This document shows, piece by piece, positions 49,732 through 62,327 of a DNA stretch of 64,000 nucleotides. Every line of letters begins with the position of its first letter. The first letter of the stretch is position 1. Below the pieces are notes generated by a model that ran no database searches, was not told the DNA's origin, and worked only from the letters and a program-made list of their open reading frames with translations. The stretch is from assembly GCA_016748015.1 (NCBI GenBank), contig JAAOMT010000436.1, positions 1,126,033 to 1,190,032 on the forward strand. Direction: 5' to 3'. The stretch comes from Geosiphon pyriformis uo1. Its lineage: Eukaryota > Fungi > Glomeromycota. The position numbers and the translations under genes are program-made.

Positions 49732-49743
49732 ACATTAATAATA

Positions 49744-50330
49744 TGTAGTTATTTACAAAAAAAAATAATTTTTTTTACAAGTAATCTTAATTATAAACTT
49801 TTTAATAATATAAAAATATAAATATTTTTGTAAAAAAAAATTTTTTTATTTAAGTTTAAAATAATTAAATTGTTTATTAAAATTAACAACTAATTAATTT
49901 CGAAATATTATTTAAGATTGCGAATTTTAAAACAGGTAATTATAAAAAAAAGTGGTTTTTAAATAAAAATTTATTTTATTAATTTGTAATAATTATTTTT
50001 TTGAATTAATTTAATTAATATGTTTTTTGAAAAAAAAAGTTTTTTTTTTATAAATTTTATTGTAATATTATTTTAAGTTTTATTACTTTTTTTTAAATAT
50101 TTAAATGTATATTTTAACAAATTACAAATTATTTTAGTAAATTTATTAAATATTTTAGCAAATTTTTAAATATTGTAACAAATATTTAAATTTTATATAG
50201 CTTAAAATATTACATAATTTAATAATATTTAATTATATTTGTGTATTATATAAATAAGTTATTAATTAAATAATAATTTAATAATTTAATTAAATAATAA
50301 GTAGTATATTTAGTAATTTTATTTGAATTA
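49744..50330 (+). repeat. Continuation of the AT-rich repeat copy starting at ~46680
   Basis: Collinear with 37990-38480. Confidence 0.62.
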
Positions 50331-51562
50331 AACTTGATATTTTTTTTTATTATGGTTTTACAAATATGATCTAATCACTAATATTAATATATTAATACTT
50401 TTAAAAAATAATTAACTTAATATAAACTTTATTATTTAAAAAACTATTACAATTTTTTATATAATTAGTATTAAAATCATATTTAATTTTAATTATATTT
50501 ATATTTAAAAAAAGCTTATTTATAATTTTATTAAAAAAATATATTTTATTTTAGATAATATTAATTGTATTCTTAAGTTTTACATATAAAGTAAAAAGAA
50601 TATTCAAAAAAATAATAATTAAAAAAATCAATAAAACTAATTAACTTAACAATAAACTTGATTAAAGTAGTTAAATTCAAAATCCAAAATTTCAAAAAAT
50701 TTAATTTAAATTAACTTGGTTTTAAATATGTTTCTTAAAGTAATAATTTTTTTTAATTAAACAAAAAAAATTTAATATTGTCTTTTTTAATTAACACAAA
50801 CTAATAAAAAAGTTTTTAAAATTAATAATAATATATTGTTACAAACCAGCAAATTTTAATTTAACAAAAGTAATTTTACTAAAATCATTAAAAATATTTT
50901 TAATATTATTAAAAAACATATCAAAAAAATATTATAAAACACAACCAAAAAAAACCAAAAACAATAATTATTACAAAAAATTTTACAATTTTAAAAATAA
51001 TTAAAAAAACAAAATTGCTAATAATAGTTTTAATAATAATATTTAAAAAATTTTAAAATATAAAATTCATATAAAATAACTTAATATTGTTTTTTAAAAC
51101 TAATTTAAAATTTATACAATTAAATAATAATTAAAACAAAAATTTATAAAAGTTAATTTGAATATTAAATATTAAAATAAAGATTATGTATTTAAAAAAC
51201 TTTTAATAATTAATAATTGTTTTTTAAATATTATTATAAACAATTTTAAAAAACAAAAAAAAAAGTTAATTTTTGTTTTTATTTGATTAGTCCAATCTTA
51301 AGTAATTTAATAAGTTAATTAATTAAAAACATTTAAAAATATGTTTTGTTTTGTTTTTAAACTGATAATAATCTGTTAAAAAAATTATATTTAACAATAC
51401 AGCCAATATTTATTTTAGATATATTATTAGTATTATTTTTTATATTAAAAAAAACTGAATATTTTAATAAAAATTTTATTTAAAATTATAAAAAAGTTTA
51501 ATATAACAATAATAAACAAAAATAATTGTTGTTGAGTCTTTGGTCTTTTTGTTTATTTGTAA

Positions 51563-51604
<42 letters not shown>
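51563..51604. repeat. (AAT)n microsatellite
   Basis: Direct reading. Confidence 0.9.
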
Positions 51605-52493
51605 TATAAAAAAGTAAACATGAAAATAAGGTTACAATTTAATTCGGAATCTTAATATTAAAAAATCAATTAAATAAGTTAATAATTGAATTTTCTTTAA
51701 ATAATGAATCATCACAAATTAGACCAATTAAGGCAATAAAAAAATGCATTATTTATCATATCATAACATTTGAAGAATAAAAAATTGTTTGGATATTATT
51801 CCTTAAATTGTCATAATACAGATTCTTTTCTTTATTGAGGGAATAGTCCTTTTTTTTTTAAACTTTTTTGATCAGGTTGCAGAAAAAAACTTGTTGCTTT
51901 AAAATTTTTCAGTGAAATGGTGATACAAATAATTTACGACAAATTTTATCCCAAATTAAAAGAAATGATTGGTTCAATAATAGCTGTTAGTAATATTGAC
52001 AGGCTGGTAAGTTGGGGATTGATTGATTGATTGAAACCTCAAGAATTACCGGCGAGTAACATTAAAGAAATTGGGAATTAAACACATGTCTTTTTTTTAT
52101 CATTCAAGAGAGTTTTTTATTTATCGTCATCATAATCAATAACAACAGCAATTAATAGCAACAACAAAAAGAACATCATCATCATCATCATCATTATCAT
52201 TATCATGAATATCATACATACAGTAGTTTTTTCATTAAAAATTAGGGTTTTTCTTTTTTTTTCATGGGTATTTAGTGTTTTAATTCGATTAATTCCTTCA
52301 GAATTAGTTCAGATTATTCATTCAGTTTAGAAATAAATAAGTGTCGTTGCCGACATCCTTTTTGTAACCCTAGTTTTTTTCTTTTTTCCGTGTAAAAGGG
52401 AGACGAATTTGATATACTATTTCAAGCTTGAAGTTTTGCCTAGAAACTTATAAAAAAAAAAAAAACTTTTTTTTCAACTTTCAAAAAAAAAAA

Positions 52494-53439
52494 ATGGTGA
52501 AAGTTCCAAAAGCGTTAAAACCAGATTTTCGTCGTTCAGTGACCAAAGATAAAATTTCAACCCCAATTGCAATACCAACAAAACACCCACCTTCAATACT
52601 TCCTCCTAAAAAAGTTATCAAAGCTTTATACGATTACGATGCTACTGCATCACACGAGCTTTCCTTTTCGAAAGGAGATTTTTTTCACGTAGTCGGTGAC
52701 GAGAATGACCCAAACTGGTATGAAGCTTGTAACCCAGCCACCAGCATGCGTGGACTGGTTCCCGTTTCATATTTTCAGGTTCTTGAAAAAAGTGGAAGAT
52801 TGAGTGGAAGTGAAAAAGTTGATGGTCATCTATTTCAGGACCCGAATTTCAGTGGACAAAAATCACAGCCTTTGTATGGGATGGTTTTGTATGATTTCGC
52901 AGCTGAACGTCCAGACGAACTAAATGCCAAAGCTGGAGAACCTATCATTGTAATCGCTCAGTCAAATAAGGAATGGTTTGTTGCCAAACCTATAGGACGT
53001 CTAGGTGGACCGGGATTAATTCCGGTGACATTTGTAGAAATTCGAGATCATTCAACTGGAAAGGCTATAGAGAATCTGCAAGAGTTGATGGATAATTCTA
53101 TAGTTCCCAAGGTTGAAGAATGGAAAAAAATGGCACAAGATTATCAAGAATCTAGTATTTCTTTGGAACCTTGGAATTTCCCATCAAATTTAGAATTGCC
53201 ACCTGTTGGATTCGAAATTGATCCAAAGTTATCACCTTTTAATATGGATCAAAGACCTATTAGTTTGGGATATGATCCTAAACTTGCACCAATGGGGAAT
53301 GCCTACGAATATGAAAGTAACAAAATAGCTACATTTAATTTACCCAATGCAGCGGAGCCATTGACCAATTATGATTATGGTACAAGTAGAAATTCTGATG
53401 GTTCAGGAACTTTACCTAATACGATTAGTAACAACAACA

Positions 53440-53480
<41 letters not shown>

Positions 53481-54189
53481 CATGGCAATGGAAACTATAA
53501 CAAAAACAACATTTCCAACATTTCCAACAACAATAACAACAACAACAACAACAATAATAATAATAATAATAATAATAATGATTATTCCTATCCACGTCAA
53601 CAAAAAACACAACAACAAAATGAGGATGATGATGATGATGATGATGACGAAGATGATGACGACGAAGATGATGATAATGATGATCATGATCATAATTATA
53701 ATAACGAAATTAGTCCGTCACCTATAGATGATATAACAGCGGCTGCAGTTGAATCATTTCATTTCGAAGATGAGCGATATTGGTTCTTGGTTAGGGTTGA
53801 ATTGGAATCGGGTCGTTATCGTATATTATATCGATTATATGAGGACTTTTATGATTTTCAGATTGCACTTCTTAACGAATTTCCTGCAGAAGCTGGTAGA
53901 ACTGGACAACAAAGAATATTACCATTTATGCCTGGACCACTCTCTTACGTGAATGATATGATCACGGCTCAACGTAGAGCTGATCTAGATGTTTACGTAA
54001 AAGATTTATTAAATTTACCTATTTATATATTACAACATCCACGTTTACAACAATTATTTGGATTGCGAGATGGGGATATTGAAACATCATATGATTCAAA
54101 GAATGATAATAGATTAAACGGAAAATCAGAAATTGGACAATATGATACTACTTCACCAATTGATTTAAACATTCATGATCTCAATCAAC

Positions 54190-54224
<35 letters not shown>

Positions 54225-54315
54225 AATATTATTATTTCCAATCAAAATTCTTCTATAAAGAAACAAATATCATTGAATAATAATAATCATAACTATGGTA
54301 ATAGTAATAGTAGTA

Positions 54316-54398
<83 letters not shown>

Positions 54399-54803
54399 CA
54401 TCATCATCATAATAATAATAGTAGCAATAGTATTAATGGTGGTGGTAGTGGTGGAAATTTTAAACAATTTAATGGTTCATCACCAATATCTCCTGGACAA
54501 CCTTTTAGACCATTACTTATGGAACAAGATTCAAATCAACGAATTACATCATCATCAAATTCTGGAAAATCAAGTTATATCAAAATCAAAATACTTTATC
54601 AAGATGATCTTATCGCTATTCGAGTAGCAAACGATGTTTCATATGCAGCCCTTCGTGAAAAATTATATGATCGTCTTGGAGGTCATGTTATAAGTTTACG
54701 ATATAAACAAGATAAAACTGGAGAAATTCGAGAACTTGAAGGAGATATTGATTTACAAAATGCAATAGCAAATAATCCAAAATTGATGCTTTACGCGGAT
54801 TAA
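52494..54803 (+). CDS. BEM1: Cell-polarity scaffold Bem1/Scd2 (SH3-SH3-PX-PB1), intronless, ~769 aa, with poly-Asn/poly-Asp tracts
   Basis: SH3 KALYDY…ELSFSKGDFF…WYEACNP…GLVPVSYF; SH3 VLYDFAAERPDELNAKAGE…WFVAKPIGRLGGPGLIP; PX LYRLYEDFYDFQIALL…LPFMPGP…RRADLDVY; PB1 IKIKILYQDDLIAIRV; first ATG at 52494. Confidence 0.95.
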
Positions 54804-54844
54804 AGGAAAAAAAAAAAACAATCTCAAACAATCAAGAAAGAAAA

Positions 54845-54997
<153 letters not shown>

Positions 54998-55500
54998 NNN
55001 NNNNNNNNNNNNNNNNNAAAAAAAAAAAAACAATCTAAAAAAAAAAAAAAAAAAAAGGATTTTTTTTTTTTTTTTTTTTTTTTTTATAGATAAAAATTTT
55101 TATTCGATTATATATTTTTCAGCTTTCAATTTTTTTATTATATTTTGAAAATATTTCTGAATATCCTTTTTTAGTTATCACATTTCAATTATCTATTTAA
55201 TTTTTTTTTTCATAAATTTGGAGAATTGTGGATTTTACGAGGAATCGAGGTCAGGGAAAAGAATTTTTTGTTTTATTGCATTAATGTATTTTCTTGAATT
55301 TTATTAATATATATCTATTATATCTATTCAAAGAAACTTTTCGCATCCATTTATTTTTCATAATTATATTATCACAATTCATTCATTCATTCATTCATTC
55401 ACACACTCACACACTCATTTATTCATTTATTTATTCTTGTAGATTGATTATGTTTTTAAAAGTAGATTATAAAAACCAATCCTTTTACCCATTTTGACCA

Positions 55501-55502
<2 letters not shown>

Positions 55503-55538
<36 letters not shown>

Positions 55539-55571
55539 TTCTTCTTCTTCTTCTTCTTCTTCTTCTTCTTC
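55503..55571. repeat. Compound (ATT)n(CTT)n microsatellite
   Basis: Direct reading; further (ATT)n near 55992-56036 and (AAT)n near 56222-56255. Confidence 0.9.
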
Positions 55572-55988
55572 TCTTGTTTACAATTTCTCTCGTCTTTCTT
55601 TTTCAACCCGATTTCATCAGTTAAATCGTTTCCTTTGAAATTTTACATTATTTAAACTGAACCATTTCTGAAACTGGTACAATTTTATCTTTCGATATTT
55701 CACAAAACGGGTTTTTTTTAAATTTTACAAATTGTATTTTTTTTTTGTTTTTTTGTTTCATTACCATATTATAAGTATTATATCCCTTTTTCTTTTTTTT
55801 TCATCTTTTTAATCAAAAGACCTTCACGTTCATTTCAAAGAAAAAAAAACAACAACCATCACAACCACGACATCATTATTGTATGTATAAATAGAGGTTC
55901 GTTGATCATTCAGCTTTTTGTATACAAATTTATATTCATTTTTTATTTTTTTATTTTAAATTTGGAATATTAAAAAAATTCTTCATTA

Positions 55989-56036
<48 letters not shown>

Positions 56037-56219
56037 GATATCTCTTTCATTGGAGAAAAAGTGATATTAAACATATTTTTTTTCTTAAATGAATATAAAT
56101 ATAGATATAAATTATTATATATATTTTTAAAGGTTAAAACTATTTTTTACATGTATTAAAAATAATATAAATTTAACATGCTGTATGTTTTTATTCTTTA
56201 ATAAATTTTTAATTGATAA

Positions 56220-56256
<37 letters not shown>

Positions 56257-56412
56257 TTAAATATATAAAAGGTTATATATATTAAATGAGTCATGCCATC
56301 AAACTCGCACCGGATTATTGTCGAGCTAAATTGTATGTTATTCATAAGGAAGAGAAAATTTGTTTTTACCAGATCGGAAACATAATAGCTTTGCAATAGA
56401 ATTCCTTCATCA

Positions 56413-59400
56413 ATGGACCAGGTGGAAAAGGCCGTCGCTTTTGCCTTGGATCCTTCCATGGACTCAAGTTTAAAATCTCAGGTTTGTACAAGAGACAAAC
56501 TCCTCTGAGAGAGCATTTCAGCCTGCTGGAATTTTGAAAGACTCCTCCATTACCTGAAGAATGTTAAAAACTTCCCATAGATTCTTATTGAGATTATTTA
56601 AAATTCTAATTAAAAAAAAGATAAATTATATTTTTCATTCCATCTTCCTTAAGAACCTTTTGCTCATTGTATCTTGATTGAATTTTTGAATAAAATTACT
56701 CTGTTCACTCTTCTCGTCTCCTGCTTTGTCTGATCATCGTATTAGCTTGTTAGAACGATATCATCATAGAAAGAGATGATACTATTTCTTTTTCTACGAC
56801 TATATGCCTATTCTACTTGGCTTCGTCTTGTTTAATAATTTTAAGATAAAAAAAGAATCAAAAAGATTCCCATTTATGATGAGGGATGGGTCTTATCTCT
56901 TTGTACTCCAATTTTTTTTCAAATATATAAATCAATAATGGTTAGGCAATAGATTTTTGCGAGCAAGTGAGGTTAGCTTCTGATGGTTGGCAACTCTGCC
57001 TGGCCTTGTTTGTTCGATTTCCAAAGAGGTGGGATTACATTATAAGAATGTCTTTTTATCCGTGATTTTTCTAATTTCCCAATTTAAAAGTACCCCAGAA
57101 GCAAGGATGTTTGCTCTCCAAGTTCTCGAAGACGTCCTGCAGAATAGGTAATGAAAAAATAATCTCCCTTATTTTCTCTTTATTTCGCCTGAACGATTGA
57201 CTTTTAAAATTTTTGATCTCCTCAAACATATTTCATTCTATTCTTTCCCCCTTCTAGATTCAATTCTCTGCAAGCAGCCGAGGCTCATTACATAAGAACT
57301 ACTTTGATGGATTTTGTAAAGAGTGAATATGTCATTGGTAATGGGGAGGAGGGGGAATTCAGCACAGAGCCACCTTGTTAGTAATACCTTCACTCTTTTT
57401 TAATTTCCTTTATTTATTTATTTATCTCATCTGTTGATTCACAATTTTTGAACACTCGAAATTTTATAGATCTCAAGAATAAGTTTGCCCATTCCTTAAC
57501 TCTTCTATTCCTTCAATTATACACATCCTCATGGCGGGGTTTTTTTGATGAATTCCTCCTTTTTCTTCGCACCAATACCACCGGCACCAAGAAAACAAAT
57601 GCTCGTGCAATCGATCTTTTTCTTAGGGTTTTAACATCGATTGACGAAGAAGTCGCAAACATAGTGGTACCCCGAGGGAAGGATGAGAATAATCGGAATA
57701 CAATTATTGTAGGCAATGATACAAATTTAATTTTTCTTATTATCCACACCCGATTGGCTTAATATCACCCAGTTCAAACTTGTCATTGAACCAAATTCAA
57801 TATTAAATTTCTGGAACAGAAAGACACCATGCGCATCGATGATGTACAAAAAATTACATCAATTCTCTATGAACTGCTGAAAGATTATTCTGAAACAAAT
57901 AAAGAAATAGTGGAATCGTGCCTCAAAATAATTGGTTACTACATCGGTGAGTTTAATTTCATAGATCCTCTCGGTTTTATATATTCTCTTGAAAGGTAAC
58001 TGGCCTTATAAATTTACCTTTGTTTTTTTGTTTGTTTGTTTTGTTTTTTCGTTCGTTCCCAAACAGCTTGGATCGATATCTCGTTGATTGTAAATGAAGC
58101 CTACATAAGTTTGTTATACCAATTTTTAGGAGACCCCAGGTTTCGAATTGCGGCGTGTGAATGTTTAACAGAAGTAAGTCTTCGAAATATGGAATTATAT
58201 AGATTTCCTTGGATTTCTCATGTTCTTTTTTTTATCATGATTTATTCAATTGCTAATTTAATAGTACGCCCATTATTTACATGGAATATCAGATTGTTTA
58301 CAAAGGTATGAAACCTCTCGATAAACTCAAATTAATTCAAATTTTGAATTTGACGGAAATTATGGTGAGGTTAGACCTGGTAGGCTGAGGCAATTTCGTT
58401 TTCTCAAAGTATGTCTTTAGAAGCTAACAATATTCCTCCATAATCGATCTCTAATTGGACATTTTTTAAATTACTAATTTTCCATATAATAGTCAGATGA
58501 CATAGACTTCGTCGAACATGTTGCCAAATTGACCAATGTACTCGGAGCAGAGTTGTGTAAAATTTGGGAAGAGGTCATTACTTTATTAATTATTTTATAT
58601 ATACACATATTTCTCTCTCTTTTTCTTTCTATTGATTCTTTAGTTCAAAGTACTTATCTCCACTACTTCTTGTTTTCCGGGTCTAGACCGATCATTCGTC
58701 TGAAGCAAAATCAGCAGCCTACGAACAAATAGTGTTACTTCTTCCATTCTTGTTAAAATTTCTTGGTGACGAATACGATGATACATCCTCGGCTGTTTTT
58801 TCATTTGTAACTGGAATTCAATCTATAGTACGTTAGAATGATAATCTTGACTTTTTGTTATTCTAAAGATTTGATTATGCTTCCTGTTCTTATTAAAGGT
58901 TCAAAAAAATATTTTTTTTATAAACAGTTAAAAAAACAGAAAAAGAAAAAGGGTGAGTTAGATGGCTCGCAGCGAGAATTTCTTGCAACATTGCTAAATG
59001 TTGTCGTTATAAAAATGCGTTATGATGATGAGACTGAGTGGGGTGGGATAGACGAGGATGGAGAAGAGGAAGCTCAATTTTTAGAAATACGAAAGGTAGG
59101 TCCTATAATAAATATTAAAATTATACTTATTACATTCGTGTCTAGAAAGTTTTTGACGAATAATTTCTCCCCCCCCCTGCCTTTTTTTCTCGTTTTTACA
59201 TATGGCATTCAGAGTCTAAAAGGGTTTCTTGACGCCGCCTGGAAAATTGATGAGCCACTTTTTACTACATATGTACACTCGGCTGTAATTAGTACCCTAA
59301 ACAATTATCAAATTAGAGGAAATGAAATTGGATGGCGGGAATTTGAATTGGCTTTACACTTGCTTTACTTGTACGGCGAGGCTCAACAAGGCCAACTCAT

Positions 59401-60113
59401 TTATTTCCATAAACAAAATAATGAAATTGTCGGCATAACACCTTTGGGAGAAATGGTTCTGAAAATGGTCGAAAGTAGTAAGTTCAATTATTAAAAAGAT
59501 TTCATATAATAAAAACATCAATTAACTTTATCTATTTATCAGACATTTCAGCTTATCCACATCCATCCATCCCATTATATTTTTTTGAGAATGCGGTGCG
59601 CTATTATCAATTCTTTGAAACGAGATCCGATCTTATTCCTGTGGTTCTGCAGACATTCGTTGATACTCGTGGATTACACCATTCGAATAAACAGATTCGT
59701 TCAAGGTCTTGCTACCTTTTTCACCGTTTCATTAAATCCTTAAAATCACACATGAACGGATATGTAGCAACCATCCTTCCAATGGTTCAGGTTTGGAATA
59801 TCACCTCTGTACTACTTTGGCCTTGAACCTAAATTAATCCCAAATTCTTTTTCACTAGGACTTAATGATTGTTCGGGCCGAATTGCCTCCTATGTTTAAT
59901 TCTGGAAATAATATTTGGGGAAAAGATCAAGCAATGAATGGAGCCATAAGCGACCAGATTTATCTTTTTGAGGCTGTTGGAACTCTAATTACTGTCGATT
60001 CCATCCCTTCTGAAAATCAACTCAAGTTTGCAGAGGTAAGGAACCAATAAAATATCAAAGAAATTTCTCTAGAACAACATCATCACCACACCACCACCAC
60101 CACCACCACCACC

Positions 60114-60159
<46 letters not shown>

Positions 60160-61836
60160 CCAACACCATCATCATCATCATCATCATCATCACCGCCACC
60201 ACTGATCATTTAAAATAAAATCATATCTTATAGGAGGCTCTCAATCCTTTTTTGGCAGGAATGCAACAGAGCTTGAATGTCGATGAAAATGACCCTAATC
60301 ACTCTCTTTCTGTACTACAATTGCATCATTTGATAATGGCCATCGGAAGTATCGGGAAAGGTTTGTACATTGAAAATAAAAAAATCTCGACCTTTCATTC
60401 TCTGCTTTCTGCATTAATTGCTTAAAAAAATCTTTTCAGGATTTCCCGATGCTCCCAAAGGGCAAACGCCAAATGTTCCTTGGTTTGGGATTTTCAGGCA
60501 ATCTACAGAGGCAACATTGGTTGTTCTGAAACGTCTCGATCGTTTTGAGATTATACGGGATGCTGTAAGATTTCTCAACGCCTTTATTTCTAATGTCTTC
60601 ATCAAGTTCTTGAAGTTCATCTTTTTGAATTGTAGGCGAGATTCGCTTTTGCAAGATTCGTCAATGTCATGGGAACAGAAATTTTGCCATATATACCATC
60701 TTTGATCAATGGCTTGTTGAATGAAAGTCAGGTTTCAGAGTTGATAGATTTTTTGCCATTTATCGGTCTAATCGCTCATAAATTTAAAGTGAGTAATTGA
60801 TTTTGGTATCTTATCAAGCTCATGCATGCACGCTTAAGGTAGAATCATTTCAATAACAAAGTTTAATAATTGTATTTAGCCATCAATCTTTAGCACCTTA
60901 GATAATTTAATTTTACCACTGGTCAACAAAGTTTTTCTTTTTCTCAATCAAGCACCATCTGGCACCGATGAGGCTCTATTGTTAATGGATCTACGTAGAG
61001 CCTATCTAAGTTTCTTACTTAACTTATTCAATTACGGGATGGAGGCAACCTTAATCACTGAATGTAAGTCGAATTTTAAATTTGCGAGCTTCGGCATCAT
61101 GTTTGCCTAATTGTTACTCAAAAGTTGATGTTCTTCAACTTGTAGTAAATCGACCCCATTTAGAAACTATTCTCCAAACTGTGATAAATTACGTAAAAGA
61201 AGTTCCGGACAGTCCATTACTAAGGACGTCTTTCAGTATACTTTCCAAAGCTATATCTTCCTGGGGTGGTGGTTTAACTAAATCCTCAGAAACTGATGAT
61301 ATGTCCATCCGGCCTAATGGAATAGGACAATCTTTACCCGGTTTTGACCGTTTCATGTACGAGCAAATATTTCCAATCTGTTTTGAACTTCCGATGAAGT
61401 CTTCATTCAACCGAGCTGATGGGCAAACAGTTTTGGTATAACGTTTGGTTCCTTCTTTACTATTGGTTTTTTGGTGAAATCATTAAATTTCTTCAATAAA
61501 GTTGATTTTATTCGTTATTTCTGCCTCACGATAGGTGTTGAGTGAAATCTGCGGTATATTGAAAACAATGCTATTACAACAAGATTCTTTATTCGTGGAT
61601 TATCTAAAGAATGTATTGTTCCCATCAATGAATTGTCCATCAGAGCTTGCCGAGGAGTTTATACAAGCTTTAAGACAATTAGAAGTCAAAGCATTGCGGA
61701 AATATTTTCAGGTTTGTCACTAATGTTATTCGCTATTCCTGTAGTCATTTGACTGTAAAATGTTTCTCGAGTCAATTTACTCAAAATCTTTGATTTTGAT
61801 CGGTTTTAGAGTTTCATTCAGAAATTCAAATCGTGA
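56413..61836 (+). CDS. LOS1: Exportin-T (tRNA export receptor, Los1/Xpo-t), ~21 exons
   Basis: Spliced with GT-AG introns: MDQVEKAVAFALDP…, AIDFCEQVR…GWQLCL, NKFAHSLTLLFLQLY..SWRGFF, KDTMRIDDV, WIDISLIVN, KGMKPLDKL, FELALHLLYLYGE, RGLHH…RSRSCYLFHRFIK, LFPSMNCPSELAEEFIQAL…FKS*. Confidence 0.9.
60078..60202. repeat. (CAC/CAT)n microsatellite inside an exportin-T intron
   Basis: Lies between donor GTAAGG (~60037) and acceptor TTATAG (~60233). Confidence 0.85.
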
Positions 61837-62327
61837 TACATATTAATGACTGGAGATCAAAAAAAGTTAAACACAAATTTAATTATTTAGAGTGAGGAGG
61901 AATAATGAACATATTTAATCGCACAAGGGATAATATAATATAAACCATAAAATAGTTCAATAGAATAATTGGAATATATAGTATCGCGACTATGCGGTGA
62001 GTCTATTTAATGGAATCAAATAATACTTTTTCAATTGACAAATGTAGATAGGATAGAGAGTAGATGGACTCAATACTCTTATTATTCTGGTATTCATCAG
62101 TGATCAGTACATTATCTGCGCTACTAAAGTTCTATGCCCGATGTAAACTCCGAACATACTGCTCAACTATGCTCGTATTGATATGTCAAAAGTTAGTGAA
62201 AGGGCGTGACCACTTAACTTGACTACCCACTTTCGATTATCTTACGTTTCAGTTTCTATCACAAATCGTATTATCAACTCAGTATATCAATCTCTTTAGC
62301 TGAACTACCTTGACTAGTACTTTCAAG

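Noticed and set aside
52428-52493. N-terminal extension of BEM1 in the ORF track
   Set aside because: Starts at TTG and runs through A/T homopolymers; the first ATG is at 52494
53371-54627. Ile/Met-rich overlapping ORFs
   Set aside because: Alternative frames of the (AAT)n/(GAT)n tracts in BEM1
56482-56945. Possible intronic snoRNA in the long first introns of LOS1 (and SEC17, 62470-62706)
   Set aside because: A box-C-like ATGATGA occurs near 56877, but no box D or terminal stem follows within the intron; no H/ACA structure supportable by eye
60078-60202. Poly-His coding tract
   Set aside because: Falls within a GT-AG intron of exportin-T
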